A stretch of DNA of 59,780 nt, filler included, from Jimgerdemannia flammicorona (taxonomy: Eukaryota), in assembly GCA_003990765.1 (NCBI GenBank). It is 3 parts of 3 records of this genome, joined end to end, with 100 filler letters (N's around TTAATTAATTAA, not from the genome) between each part and the next. Parts side by side here need not be neighbours in the genome. Positions count along the whole stretch, not along the records: positions 19,963 to 39,822 come from RBNJ01001829.1; 2 more parts are not named here. One strand, written 5' to 3'. The translations under genes were made by a program, and so were the position numbers. The notes below the pieces were generated by a model. The model was not told the DNA's origin. It saw only the letters and a list, made by a program, of their open reading frames with translations, and did not search any database. This document shows positions 25,298 through 36,835 of this stretch, piece by piece (position 1 is the first letter of the stretch; every line of letters begins with the position of its first letter).

Positions 25298-26790
25298 CTT
25301 TGTATGAAGCTTTTCAAAACAAGAACACCGTGGCGGTCGAAAATTCCAGTTTCATAGGTTTTAATATCAGAATTAGTGCTCGGTCACTTAAGGATGTTTG
25401 GCTTCCCTTTTGATTCTTGAATTCCGTGTTGGTGGGTCTGGCGCACGACGAGTCACAAGGATTGTGGCCAACGTGTCGGATGTTGCGCACCCCGTACTCC
25501 GCGCATTTACATTGGCCAGACTAAGCTGGGCCACGTTGCCTCGCCGCTGACCAAATACAACATGCAAATCCAGCTAGTCGAATTTCCATAAGGCGACGAG
25601 TTTATGATGACTGATGCGTGGTTATGTCAGTTACGAGGTGTCGTGGGAAAGGGTTTTCTTTGACTGTTCGGGGAAGGTATATTTTTGTGTCGATCACATC
25701 TCTTCAACAGTTTGCAAAGCTTAAAGCTGTGATTGAATTACTCGAATACTATATGAATAAAAGTTACTCAGACTCTATGCTTACCGTTTTGTCATAGAAG
25801 GTACTACCCTCTCTAATAAGCGAAAAGCAAGGGAAAGGTGAACTGGTAAACGAATGTTGAATTCTTATGTAAAAGTCAAATAATCTCTATAAAGTAATAA
25901 AAAGGGGTAACGGGTTCTCGGGGTACATCCATTGTTGAGACGTCCCAACCAAGGAACCTCTCCCTTTTCATTTTCATTTTCATTTATTTATTTATTTATT
26001 TTCCGAACAATTCTTTTACGACTTAAAATCATTACAGCCAGCCACCAAAACATTGTTCGGATTTGGAGCCGTGGAGCTGAATTTCGCTCCAATCGTTGTT
26101 GAAGCCATCAATTACAGCTCTGGTTTATAACGTAGTGTATGCACTATTCACGTTCGGAAGTTGCACCTTTTTTTTCGCACTATGGGCGCCGGAACGGTCG
26201 AAACGCCGCTTACATCGGTACCAAAAATTCAACTTAAAAATCAAGATAGAAGAGGATTGTAACACATGGCCCTAGTCCTGTGTCTCGAACGCGGTAGGAA
26301 TCGTGAGCAATCTCGCGCGTTAAGGCTCGTTCCCGTAAAGCGAAGAGCTTCACGATTGCGCACACTCCTGGATCGTGATACGTTTGTGACACACCGCGCG
26401 TTCCGGTGAAGTTGTCCGAAGGACACGCGAGACAACACGTCAGTCAAGCGACGATTGGGCAACGTATGAACCCGTGCCATTTCCTGGTAGAGTATATACA
26501 ATCCAAGTGAGGCAATCTTAGCTCATTTCGTTCACAGCTAGGTTCTTGTCCAACCCAAGCTCAATAAACCGTTGCCAAGCACATCCAAGACCCCTTTATT
26601 GGCTTGTACCGGATCATAGAATTGGCAAAAGCTCGGCCCGGTTATCGGGGGGACATGAGAAAACCATAAACATTGTTTGGCCCAAAACCGAACACGCGAT
26701 CAAACTCTACGACATGATAGCGATACATTCTTATTCTATATAAATCACCATCTCCAAGCTAGTAATACCATTACCTTTCGCACGACAAAT

Positions 26791-28630
26791 ATGGCCGACG
26801 CGACGAAATCACCGCCTATCCCCCCCGAAGCATCGACTTCGACCGAACACACCCCGCTCCTCTCAGTATTCCAACCGTCAACTACCCCGATCCTACCCTG
26901 GTACCGTCGGCCAGACCCGATGTGGGTGATGATTCCGATGTTCATCCTCTCCTGCTCATATGGTGCCACGATGACGCCGCTCGTGGTATGGATTGAGGAA
27001 ATCGTATGTGAATATCAGTCGCGTCAAACGCCGGAAAGCAGCATCGGTTCCGGATCCGTAGGGAACGGGACGTCACGGCAACCGTTGGAGGATTGCACGA
27101 CGCCGGAGGTGCAGGCGCTGGCGAGCAAGATCCTGATGATATTCCACCTGACGATGGCCATCGCGGCGTTGATTTCGACGTCGTACCTAAGCGCGATGTC
27201 CGATCGTCTTGGACGGAGGTTCGTCCTGCGCGTCTCCGCGTTCGGGATGACCGTCTACAGTGTGCTTTTGTGGCTCGCTGCACAGTACTGGCGCCAGCTC
27301 CCGTTGTACTTTCTGGTCGTACCGGGGTTTATTGAGGGTTTCTTTGGGGGATCGACAACACTCATCGCAGCGATATATGCTTATGTGGCGGATTGCACGA
27401 CGACGGAGGAGAGGTGGGTCAGCTGATTGCATGTGGTTAGGCGGAGAAAAAAATTGGGAAGGGCGCCGTGCTTATCCCTACTGTTTGTTTCGCACTCTCA
27501 GAAGCATTGCGTTCGGCCGCTTAGTTGCATCTATATTTTTGGGCCAGATGATTGGCCCCGCCATGGGTGGCTACTTAATGAAGGTAAAGTTCTCGTTTAA
27601 CATCAAATTTGACCCCTTCAAAATTTAGCGCCATTTCTGATCCAATTTCATTTCCCTTACTAAAATTTCTTAGGCCTTCGGCGGCATCTCGTTCGTCCTC
27701 ATGGCCGGCCTCATCGTCGCCTTTATCTGGCTCATCCTCGTCGTCTTTTTCCTCCCCGAATCTAACACCCACATCCAAGCTGGCGATCCCTCCGCCGATT
27801 CCGTCCCCACGCCGTCAGCCGCGAAATTCAAGCTCTCCCATCTCAACTTCTTCGGCGCCCTCTCCATCGTCTTCACCGCCCGCTCCCCCTATGTTACATC
27901 CTCGGCTCTCCCTCTTCTAATCACTGCACATTTTATGACCATCTTCGCCGTTGGCTCCCAGGGCATTATCGTTCTCTACACGGGAATCCGCTTCCACTGG
28001 GGCGCCCTGCAAGCCGGCATCCTTCTGAGTGTCGAGAACAGCGGCCGCCTCTTAGCTCTGCTGATGGTCATGCCCGTCGTCGTGAGCACGTACCGGCGGT
28101 ATCACGTGGGCGAAAAGGCGCGCCGGGCGCAAGAGAGACAGGAGCGCGCGAAGTCTGACAACGACGACGACGAGGTGAATCATGACGATGTGATCGAGGA
28201 GGAGTTGCGCCGTGATAAAACGCAGGATGTACAACTGAACCTGTGGCTCACCCGGTTCGGACTGTCAATGAGTGTGGCATTCTATCTCGCCTTCGCGCTG
28301 GTCACGGCCGGGAGGCAGCTCTTCGCTATCACGCCACTCCAGTCCGCCGCGACCTTGTACACCCCCGCAATGCGGTCACTGCTGACCAGCATCGTCGGGC
28401 CGACGCAGACGGGTGCCGTCCTTGGCGCCGTGTCAGTCGTGGAGGCCGTGGGAGGCATTATAAGCCCGCTTGTGTTCAACATGCTGTACTCCAAGTTTGT
28501 ATACACAAACCCAAGCGTGCCGTTCTTCCTGTGTGCCGCCGCTTTGGCTGCAGGGGTTGTATGCCTGTTGCTTGTGCGGCCAGTGATGGAGCCACCAAGG
28601 ACAGGGAGGAGGGGAGAGGAGGCGGCGTGA
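26791..28630 (+). CDS. Major facilitator superfamily transporter, 3 exons
   Basis: Motif A-like SAMSDRLGRRFV, AYVADCT, ~12 hydrophobic segments; introns 27414-27501 and 27584-27673 keep the frame. Confidence 0.93.
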
Positions 28631-29249
28631 TAACGTCATATGATGTGCCTGAATCGCCTTTGTTCCTATGTTATGAAAGCGCACCATGTGCGGATGTATG
28701 ATATGATGATTGTACTTTATGAGAGATCCTGTTCGGGGTCACATGTAAATGTCAATGTCTGACAAACACGAGCCGTTGTTTGTAATGTTTTTCTTTTCAC
28801 TCTACTTCGCTTACGCGCTTCGATTGAAGTTTTCCCCTCCTTCCACCCCCTTTCTTCAAGCATGTAAGCAAAAAATCGAGACTTTTAAAACACTCGAGTT
28901 CTCTCCCTTTTGGGAATATGTCAGCATTCGACCGTTTTTGGCGGTGCATGCGGGAGTGACGAGAGCTCGAGCTCGCGATCGGCACAAGGAATCTCTCCTT
29001 GTAAAGTGCGAATTGTCCAAACGGCGGCCCGTGACCAAGATGGAATAATGGAACCCACCGACCACCGACCCTTCCTGAGCCCATATGCAAAACCAAGGTG
29101 AAGACATCAGTGCATCCATGACTTTTGGACTCGCATCAGTGGCCGGGTTCCAAATCGCTATCATTGTACCGGCAACCGTATTCCAATATTATGCAATCTC
29201 ATATATAATCATGGCAAAATCGTTTTGGAGAACGGTCACGTGATGGCAG

Positions 29250-29652
29250 TTGAGGGCTGAAAATTGTGGAATAGGAGAAGTGGTTTTTTTGTATGAAATT
29301 TGCGGGATTGAGAATTACCATGGATTCGGTTAAACAAAATAATGGAATTAGATTTAATAGTTAGCCATGCAATAATATGAATATACCACGAGTGAGGGCT
29401 GCAAATTGAGGAGGATTGAACAAAATAAGATATAATGGTTCCCCCGCAGTACTAAATTTCATAGTTAGTCGGGCATTAATATATTTATACTTCGAGTGAG
29501 GACCTACAACTTATGGAATAGGAGAAGTGGTGTTTTGTATGTTGATATCGTGCAATTTGCGGTTGAGAATTAACATTGATTCTGTTAACCAAAAAGTAAG
29601 AATACCAAGCACTAAATTCTATAGTTAGTCGGGCTATGCTACGAGTGAGGGA
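29250..29652. repeat. Degenerate tandem triplication (~105-150 bp units)
   Basis: ggaataggagaagtgg occurs twice; atagttag(t)c...cgagtgagg occurs three times. Confidence 0.75.
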
Positions 29653-29944
29653 AACGATTGGAATTTAACTTCAAAACGACGTGTCATTTAAAGAAACCTT
29701 CTGTTTGTGATACTCGAGGAAACACAGCAGTATGAATAAATAGCTTGCAAGATATTTATTTAGGTTGAACATGACAATTCAATATGCTAAAACTCGTTGG
29801 ATATAGATGCCTTTATTCAACTTGACAGCCCAGCTCCTTATACCGAACCCAATCCCTCGCCAATTTTATCTGAGCCAACCCCCACACCCCACCAACGAAT
29901 ACAAGACGAATGCCCCAATACTAGTGCTAACACCAGCGAATCGT

Positions 29945-30788
29945 CTACCGCAACACGACGGCCGCGCCCCTACCGGCCAAGTGCTCCTGCACCTGGGTCA
30001 CGCCGAGCAACTTGATATGCTGGTAGACCTGGGCGGAGTGGTAGCGGAGGGAGGTCTTGGGGTCAGTGTATTTCGCCTGCGATATGGGTTGGTTGCGTGA
30101 GCGACGAGTTTACGTGGAAGCGATCAAATTGGTTACACTTTTGATATCCTTCCTTCTTCATCTGCCTAAGTGCATACCTCCAAACCGGTGATGTCACAGT
30201 ACTTCTTCTGCGGCATGAGAGATGGCGGGGCCTCGATGTTAGAATCTACGAGCGAGTTCGATACGTTAGCATCCGCAAAACTGTCCCGGTGATTCCATCC
30301 ACCCACACTGGCAACCTACAGGTCGGCATATCGAGAGGCACGTCGATGGTTTTCTCCTGTGCCAAAATCTGCTTCAAGTTCTTGGACTTTTTGGCCACTG
30401 AGTAACGGTGGTTCTTGAACGGGCGACTCACCGCCACGAGGTTCAGGATGGGTACCGCGGGACCATCGGCGGGTGTAGCTGCAGACGAGGAAGAAGTGGA
30501 GGAAGGTGGCGTGGCCTCGCGCGAATCGACGGATTCGGCCTAGAATTGTGTGATGGTCGTCTTAAATTCGAGTCTGTGTGGTCGTGGAAAATCTCGAGTG
30601 GCTTTATGGAAAGCAAGGGGGGGTGCTCGCCTACCTTGGTCCTGGACGACGACGACTTGCTGGGGACTGGTGCTTTCCTGGGGTTTTTCTTGGCCCTTCC
30701 AGAACAATTATTGGGTATAGTGAGTCGTGTGAGTCATTTGGGTGTATCGTGTTGACGATGAGGACAAAATTACGATGGGTCCTTACAT
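29945..30788 (-). CDS. IES6: INO80 complex subunit Ies6 (YL1 C-terminal domain), 5 exons
   Basis: RPFKN...KNLKQIL...[38 protein letters not shown]...VQEHLAGRGAAVVLR*; TAG at 29945-29947. Confidence 0.93.
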
Positions 30789-30949
30789 TGTCGATGCTTG
30801 AAGAGAACGAAATGCGATGGTGTTGACCGTCGTATCACGTGACCAAATTCGATCGGCGTTGGAATGACCTACAGCTCATTTGGATGCGCAATGTGAAATT
30901 CAAAAATAAAGAGTCTTTTGTATCCAAAAGGGAATCGAGTGGCAGGTTA

Positions 30950-31720
30950 CATATTTATTGCTCAGAGACCATACGAGTGCGTTCAAATCGAAGTCGACCT
31001 TATCTGGGTTTAATGTAATACGTTTGCAGCGGTATTTTCAACAAGTCTATATTGCATAGGACTCGTGGATAGCGCGCTTAAACGATGCTAGTCTTGATTC
31101 AACAGCACTACTTAAGGAGAATATAAACTAAGATGCGAGGCAAAAATGTATAAGCTCACGAAAACGTTAGGATAATATAACAGGTAGAACGATGGCAATT
31201 TTATATTGCTAGACTAAGAGCAGATGGACCATTCAACAATCTTTTATCCGACACTTGCATAGTTGATATAAAGTCATAGCAGGGTACACCTTGTCAGGGA
31301 GATTTCTCCAGGCTGTCCCTTAGTTGAATCCGTTGATCGAAAGGTATGTTTAGGTTTAAATGCAAGGTTATGACATCGCCATTTTCAATACGTTTGCCGT
31401 AATTGTCATCGAGGACTTTTGTTCCATCATATTGTTGGTTGATGCAAGATTGGAAAGTCCAAGAGAACGATGTTGAGTACTGCGGAGGCGATATCGTTGA
31501 GGACAACGTGGAAAGAAACTCTCTCGCATGTTTCCGTACAGTATCGCCTTGAAGACTGGACATCTTTTAAAATAGCATATGAAATGACACAACTAGACTG
31601 TGTAAAAGAAGCCAATATGGCCTAGCTCGACACTATCAGCACAGACGATAGTCACATCGTGGTAGGTTGGACCCTTCCGGATAGAGGCGATGTCGTTCCT
31701 GAGGAATAAAGGCTTTGTTT
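30950..31720 (-). pseudogene. BTB/POZ-domain gene relic with a possible SPRY-like fragment
   Basis: YHDVTIVCAD...RCPVFKAILYGNMRES / VVLNDIASAVLNIVL (frameshifted), then YGKRIENGDVITLHLNL. Confidence 0.6.
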
Positions 31721-32256
31721 GGGTTGCCTGTTTTATATTTATATTGAATCGTGGCGCAGCGTTGACAAAACTGGTGGTACGATTGACAAAACTGGTGGTA
31801 CGATTGACAAAAACAAAAGAACCGCGGGCGATGCTGACTAAATTTTTTTATGGTTAAAGAGGAAACACAATGTCAGATCTTATCCTTTTTCAACAGGTTT
31901 CGCCTTAGAGACAGGGGTATTCCCTCCGCTGACAACTTTATCTCCATCGAACGCAAGCCATCCTTTTTCTCAATCCATACCGACTCCAACAGTGACCCTC
32001 GCGCATCCACTACTTACTTTACTTTTGAATAACGAGTTCCTTGAGCAAGTATGAAACCGGAAACGTCTATCACATGACCTTGTATGGAAGAGTCCAAAGA
32101 AGACGCCCCCCTGTTTCAGAGGTAAGACTGTAGAATAACATCCTTGATACATGTTTACATCCTTTTTAGGTGAAGTTTAAAATAAAAAAAAGTTCCGCCG
32201 ATCCTGTCGTCTGTCGCCACTACGCCGATATCTTTTTCTACAACAGACGCCAAACG

Positions 32257-33984
32257 ATGATTTCAAGAGCGATTCTCCCGCTGTTATGTGCCATCGTCGC
32301 CGCCTTTGACTTCGTCCCCTTAAAATCCGGACCAGTCCCTTGCATAGGAATAAACGACAGCGGTAGCGCATATATTCTTGGTAGCAAAGCCCAGAACTTC
32401 ACTGACTACCAGACTACTGCCCAGGGTCTCAGCTCGCTAAATCCGAGCCTTTCTGCTATACCCTTGAATCCGCCGCGAAGCACCGCCATCACAGGTGTGT
32501 GCGTCTCGGCCCGGCAATATCTTTATGTTATCGGAGGCGACGTCGTGTACCCACCTATGGCTCCTGGAGGTATTGCTCCATCGTATTTACGCTTTCCTCT
32601 TTTAAATAACTAGTTGCTTGAAAACTAACTCATTACCATCCGTGCTGCAGTGAACGGTATCAGCATTTTTGATCTCAGCAAGGGGACCTGGGCTCAACCA
32701 AACATATTTCCCGCTAGCTTTGAACTTGACCTTACCAGCCCTAGATTCATGGCCGCCACCATCACGAGTGTAGGAACCAACTACGTCTGGTTAATATTAT
32801 TCGACGCGACGAGAGCAGAATTTGGGCGCGCGGGGTGGTATTTCTATAACATTGCACAGCCCTACGTCGCTCCAACCCGAGTGTTCACGAACACGCATGC
32901 GCAGGTTTCAACCAGTTTTGTCGCCATGGTCGTACAGAGCAAATCGCTCTGGCTCTTCAGCGATTCCGCCATCTACCAATTAGACCTGCAACAACTCGTC
33001 GCGAACCCCAACAGTCTGCAGGACACTAACATGACCCTAAATTCCGCCAACTTTACCTTCCAAGCTACCGACTCCTGGACCCCACTATCGACAACCCCAC
33101 TGCTACCCCAAGGACCGGGACAAGCCGTCGCCTTTGGTAGCAAATATATCGCCTTCCTTGCCTTCAACACCACCAGTATCACGGTCTTCGACACCCAGAC
33201 TTTTCACTACACAGAGCCGTTTCCGTATCCTGTAACTAAGATCAGTGCCGCTCCCGTCGACTTCAGCAACTCCACCTTGGTTAGCCTGCCCTTCAGTAAC
33301 GACTCCGCATCCGGCGTTATCCTGTACAACGCCGGCACTTCCTCTCTCGCCTCTTTCGACCTCACGAACCATTGGCTCGTCTCCCCAAATCAAGTGAACT
33401 ACAACGCAACTAGAAGCCCCACAACTAGCGGCGCCACCACCTACCCGACCCAATGTTCGCCCGGAAATAACTCATGTCCACTCGCGCCCACCCCTAACTC
33501 GGGCCTTCAACCCGTCGAGATCATCGGATGTGTTCTCGGCGGTGTCTCTTTCGTTGCCATGAGCTTACTTGCCTGTGTGTGCTACATGCGCTATTACAAG
33601 AGCAACAACAAGCGGCGCCAAAATCTGCAATCAATGTCCTACGACAGCGTGGCTGGAGCCACCGATGAAAAAGACAAGATCACCAATAGCGAGGTCTGGT
33701 CTACTGACATCCCGAACATAAACATCAGTAGCGACACCATTTATCAAGACGGGCCCATCCGTCGGCCTGAAGAACGTGAATATAAGCCTGACGAGCGCGA
33801 CTACAAACCCGACGAGTCTGAGCCTGAACACAAACCCGACGAGTTTAGCGCCAGTCATCGGGTCTGGGTGTCGGCGACGGACGGCTCTTCCGTATTGGGT
33901 AGACAACATGCTGTCGAAATTGCCGAGAACATCGAGCCCGCTCAGGCGGACCCACTCCGCCCCAGGCGGCGCGGGGGACCCTAG
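32257..33984 (+). CDS. Type I membrane protein: signal peptide, beta-rich (kelch/propeller-like) ectodomain, S/T stalk, TM helix, cytoplasmic tail
   Basis: MISRAILPLLCAIVAA signal; YLYVIGG...ISIFDLSKGTW kelch-like; TM IIGCVLGGVSFVAMSLLACVCY; single intron 32570-32650. Confidence 0.85.
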
Positions 33985-35752
33985 CGCCACTGCCACTGCA
34001 TTGGATTTCCTTGCCTTCAACTTGTCCAGAAGTCAGCATTGTCAAAGTGGTGGGCTAGCGCAGGTTTTCATCCGTTACGACTCATTATTGCAGGATGATT
34101 TCTAAGAAACGATATTTCACACGTCGTTTCAAATATAGAATTACATTCATTTGGGCCGCAGAATATCAGTAGGATTTATAAGTTTTGTTTATATTGTCGC
34201 AATGTAAATATCGCATGGAAAGCGAACACTATGTCGGAATCCGTTTTATAATTTAGTCGTTTTTATGTTGCTTTCGTTCTTTCTGTAACGCGCCGTAAAA
34301 TATATCAAGTCACGAGCTCCCATTGTGCAATGAATACTAATTTGGAAGCAGTCTATATCCAATTATTTGAACCCAACATTCCAGCCTGTCTGCACAGCGC
34401 TACATTCCTGTACAACGAGCCTCGCTCCAAAAATTTCGACCGAAACCCATCCGATCCCACATGTGCAAGAACAACGGCACACGAAATGCCTCATCCCCTC
34501 TGGCTTGCAATATACTGCAATTTCACTCCCATGTTTATCATTCTCTTCTATTTACATTTGCAGTATGGAAATAACCAACGTAAAATGAAAATCGATCAAG
34601 TGATCATCAGCTGCGGCAGGAGCTTTGTTTGACTCATTTTAGAAAGCCCAAAAAAAGATTCGTCAATATAGCTATTTATAAATTTCTACGTTTCTGGGCT
34701 GAGGATGGGCCCGGTTCTTGAGGGACCATTTCGTGGTTCTTGGCGAACCCACTTTTGCCGTTTGTATTTCGCAGACTGTTGACAGTTTGCTCCAAAGTCT
34801 GCACGGCGTACTCGATCTCGGCATCAAGCTCCTTAGGGGCACCCTTCCGCCGCATCGACTTTTGTCTGCAATTCGTGCATCGTGTTCCTCTAAGCCGCCC
34901 AGTCCCAAAATATATACCGACGGTATAAACCACGGATGCTGTCGGCCTTGATCGTCTTTGAGTATAACTCGACATCGCACCCTTTATCCGAGGGTAACCA
35001 ACCCTTGCCTTTAGATACTCGTCCGAATTTGATACATGTAATCCTCTTTACTAAGCACTGACATGCATTCGGTTCAACAGCTCCAAGTCCGCTGCAGCGC
35101 TTCTATCCAAGAGCACGTACCTTCACGCCGACGGAATACAAGGTCTCGGTCCTGATATGTCGAACGATGGAGTTGCGGATTTTTTTGGTTGGTTCAACAA
35201 TGAAGAAAGTAGACTGGACAATTTCACACAAAGATGCAGGTACTAATAGTATATACTAATGGCCGAAAGAGCACCGTAACACTAAAACGAACCCAACGAA
35301 CACGCCAAAAATTAAAATAAAAGGCAACGCAAAACTTATTAATACCTAGTTGCTATTTACTCAACCAAATGTAAAGCAATATGCATGTGCAGAGCCGAAA
35401 GAACAAATATCAAGAGTATATATCAGATCGATAAAATTTTCAAAAGATGGTCCTGATCCTATGGTTCCAAATCCGCGCGTGCGGAGATGAGGAAAAGAAA
35501 GGTAACAATGGATTATATGCTATCTACAAGGCAAGGGGTCCGTTCGGAAGGTGACGGTCTATGCCAAACTCCAGTGAGAGTCGTAAATAAATATAGTTAT
35601 GGAGGATTTGGCAGTCGAAGGTCTAACGGATAATGCGAAAACTAATACTATAATAAATGAATGTTTAAAATTGTCCGCCACCCAAAAGGCAACCCTAAAA
35701 GTAACACTCTTTTTTTTCTTTTTTATACCTCGCTCTCCTCGTCAAGAAAGAC

Positions 35753-36835
35753 TCACACCCTCTGGGCCCCCACCACGGCCTCAAAGAACGCACTTTCATC
35801 AATCCCTCCAGGAACCTCGACCCCCTTTACAACTCCATCCCTCGCCCTCTTCGCTTCCTCCTCCAGCTCCCTCGGTACACCCACGACCTCCATACATCCC
35901 TCCTTTACCCAATCAACACCGCTCATCATGCCATGGAAGACATACATGCACTCCTTCTCCGCCATACTAAGCTTCTCCTCGCTTTCCAGGCACCTCTCCA
36001 CGACTGTCCTCGCGCGCTCCACAACCAAATCCTTCTGCTTCGGAATCAAGGCGTACCCGAACGTCCCATCGAGCGCCCACCGGACGGCAAAGTGCGCCTC
36101 GAGCCCGCCGCGACGGTCCCGCATGGTAGGGCTCATTGCGTCATGCTGGTACTTAAGGAAGTGGTCACGGGCGGGTGTGTGCGGTAGGACAAAAAGGACG
36201 AGGTTGAGAGTGTAGAGGCGGGAGGCGATGTGCTTTGCGAGTGTAAGCGGGAGGTTGTTGGTTTGGTCGGCGGCGGGACTCTGCGAGAGGGATCGTGGCT
36301 GCGAGTGGTTGCGCGGTGCTAGGTTTGGGGAGGTGGAGCGGCCGCGACGGTCAGTGGCGAGGCTTGCTACCGGACTTGGGGCGGGGAGGGTGAATGACAA
36401 GGGTAGAGAGTGGTCGTCGAGATCGATCCCTGTGAAGAGGGCTGGAAAGTTCTGTTTCAGGCGTGCGGCCATGAAAGTGGCGCGGTCCATGCACTTCTTG
36501 TCTGTAAAGAAGAGGGTTTCGAGTGCGGCGGAGGCGGCTCGCTTGCGGCGGGCCTCGAGGCTAATGTGGCGCATGGTGCGTACAAAGTTACCAGAGCCTG
36601 GGGTGGCGTCGTGTTCGAAGTGCTGGGCTAGAGCGGCGGTGCGCGGGGAGGGTGGGGGCAAGGGGAGATCCGGGTTTGAGAAATTGAGGTCAGACATTTC
36701 GTGGTCGCCTGAGGAGGTGGGGTCCTCCTCGGAGTCGGTGAAGACCTCATAGCGGGCCTTGGGGACGGTGAGGGTTTTGAGGAGGCGGGGGAAGTGTTTC
36801 GGGGTGTGAGAGAAGCGGGAGGTGCGCGGCGACAT
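35753..36835 (-). CDS. Intronless hypothetical protein (360 aa)
   Basis: Long GC-rich ORF, TAAATATA ~95 bp upstream, disordered N-terminus and globular-looking C-terminus. Confidence 0.75.
   Translation of the reverse strand: MSPRTSRFSHTPKHFPRLLKTLTVPKARYEVFTDSEEDPTSSGDHEMSDLNFSNPDLPLPPPSPRTAALAQHFEHDATPGSGNFVRTMRHISLEARRKRAASAALETLFFTDKKCMDRATFMAARLKQNFPALFTGIDLDDHSLPLSFTLPAPSPVASLATDRRGRSTSPNLAPRNHSQPRSLSQSPAADQTNNLPLTLAKHIASRLYTLNLVLFVLPHTPARDHFLKYQHDAMSPTMRDRRGGLEAHFAVRWALDGTFGYALIPKQKDLVVERARTVVERCLESEEKLSMAEKECMYVFHGMMSGVDWVKEGCMEVVGVPRELEEEAKRARDGVVKGVEVPGGIDESAFFEAVVGAQRV

Noticed and set aside
26745..28701. Many overlapping antisense or alternate-frame ORFs here and at 33100-34100 and 35600-36930
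   Set aside because: Shadow ORFs of GC-rich real genes.
29103..29170. Possible C/D-box snoRNA on the minus strand (ATGATA...CTGA...CTGA with a short terminal stem)
   Set aside because: Box C is imperfect and I could not identify an rRNA or snRNA target; needs snoscan or Infernal.
34676..35160. Possible small minus-strand gene (ELDAEIEYAVQTLEQTVNSLR)
   Set aside because: No consistent exon structure or recognisable domain.
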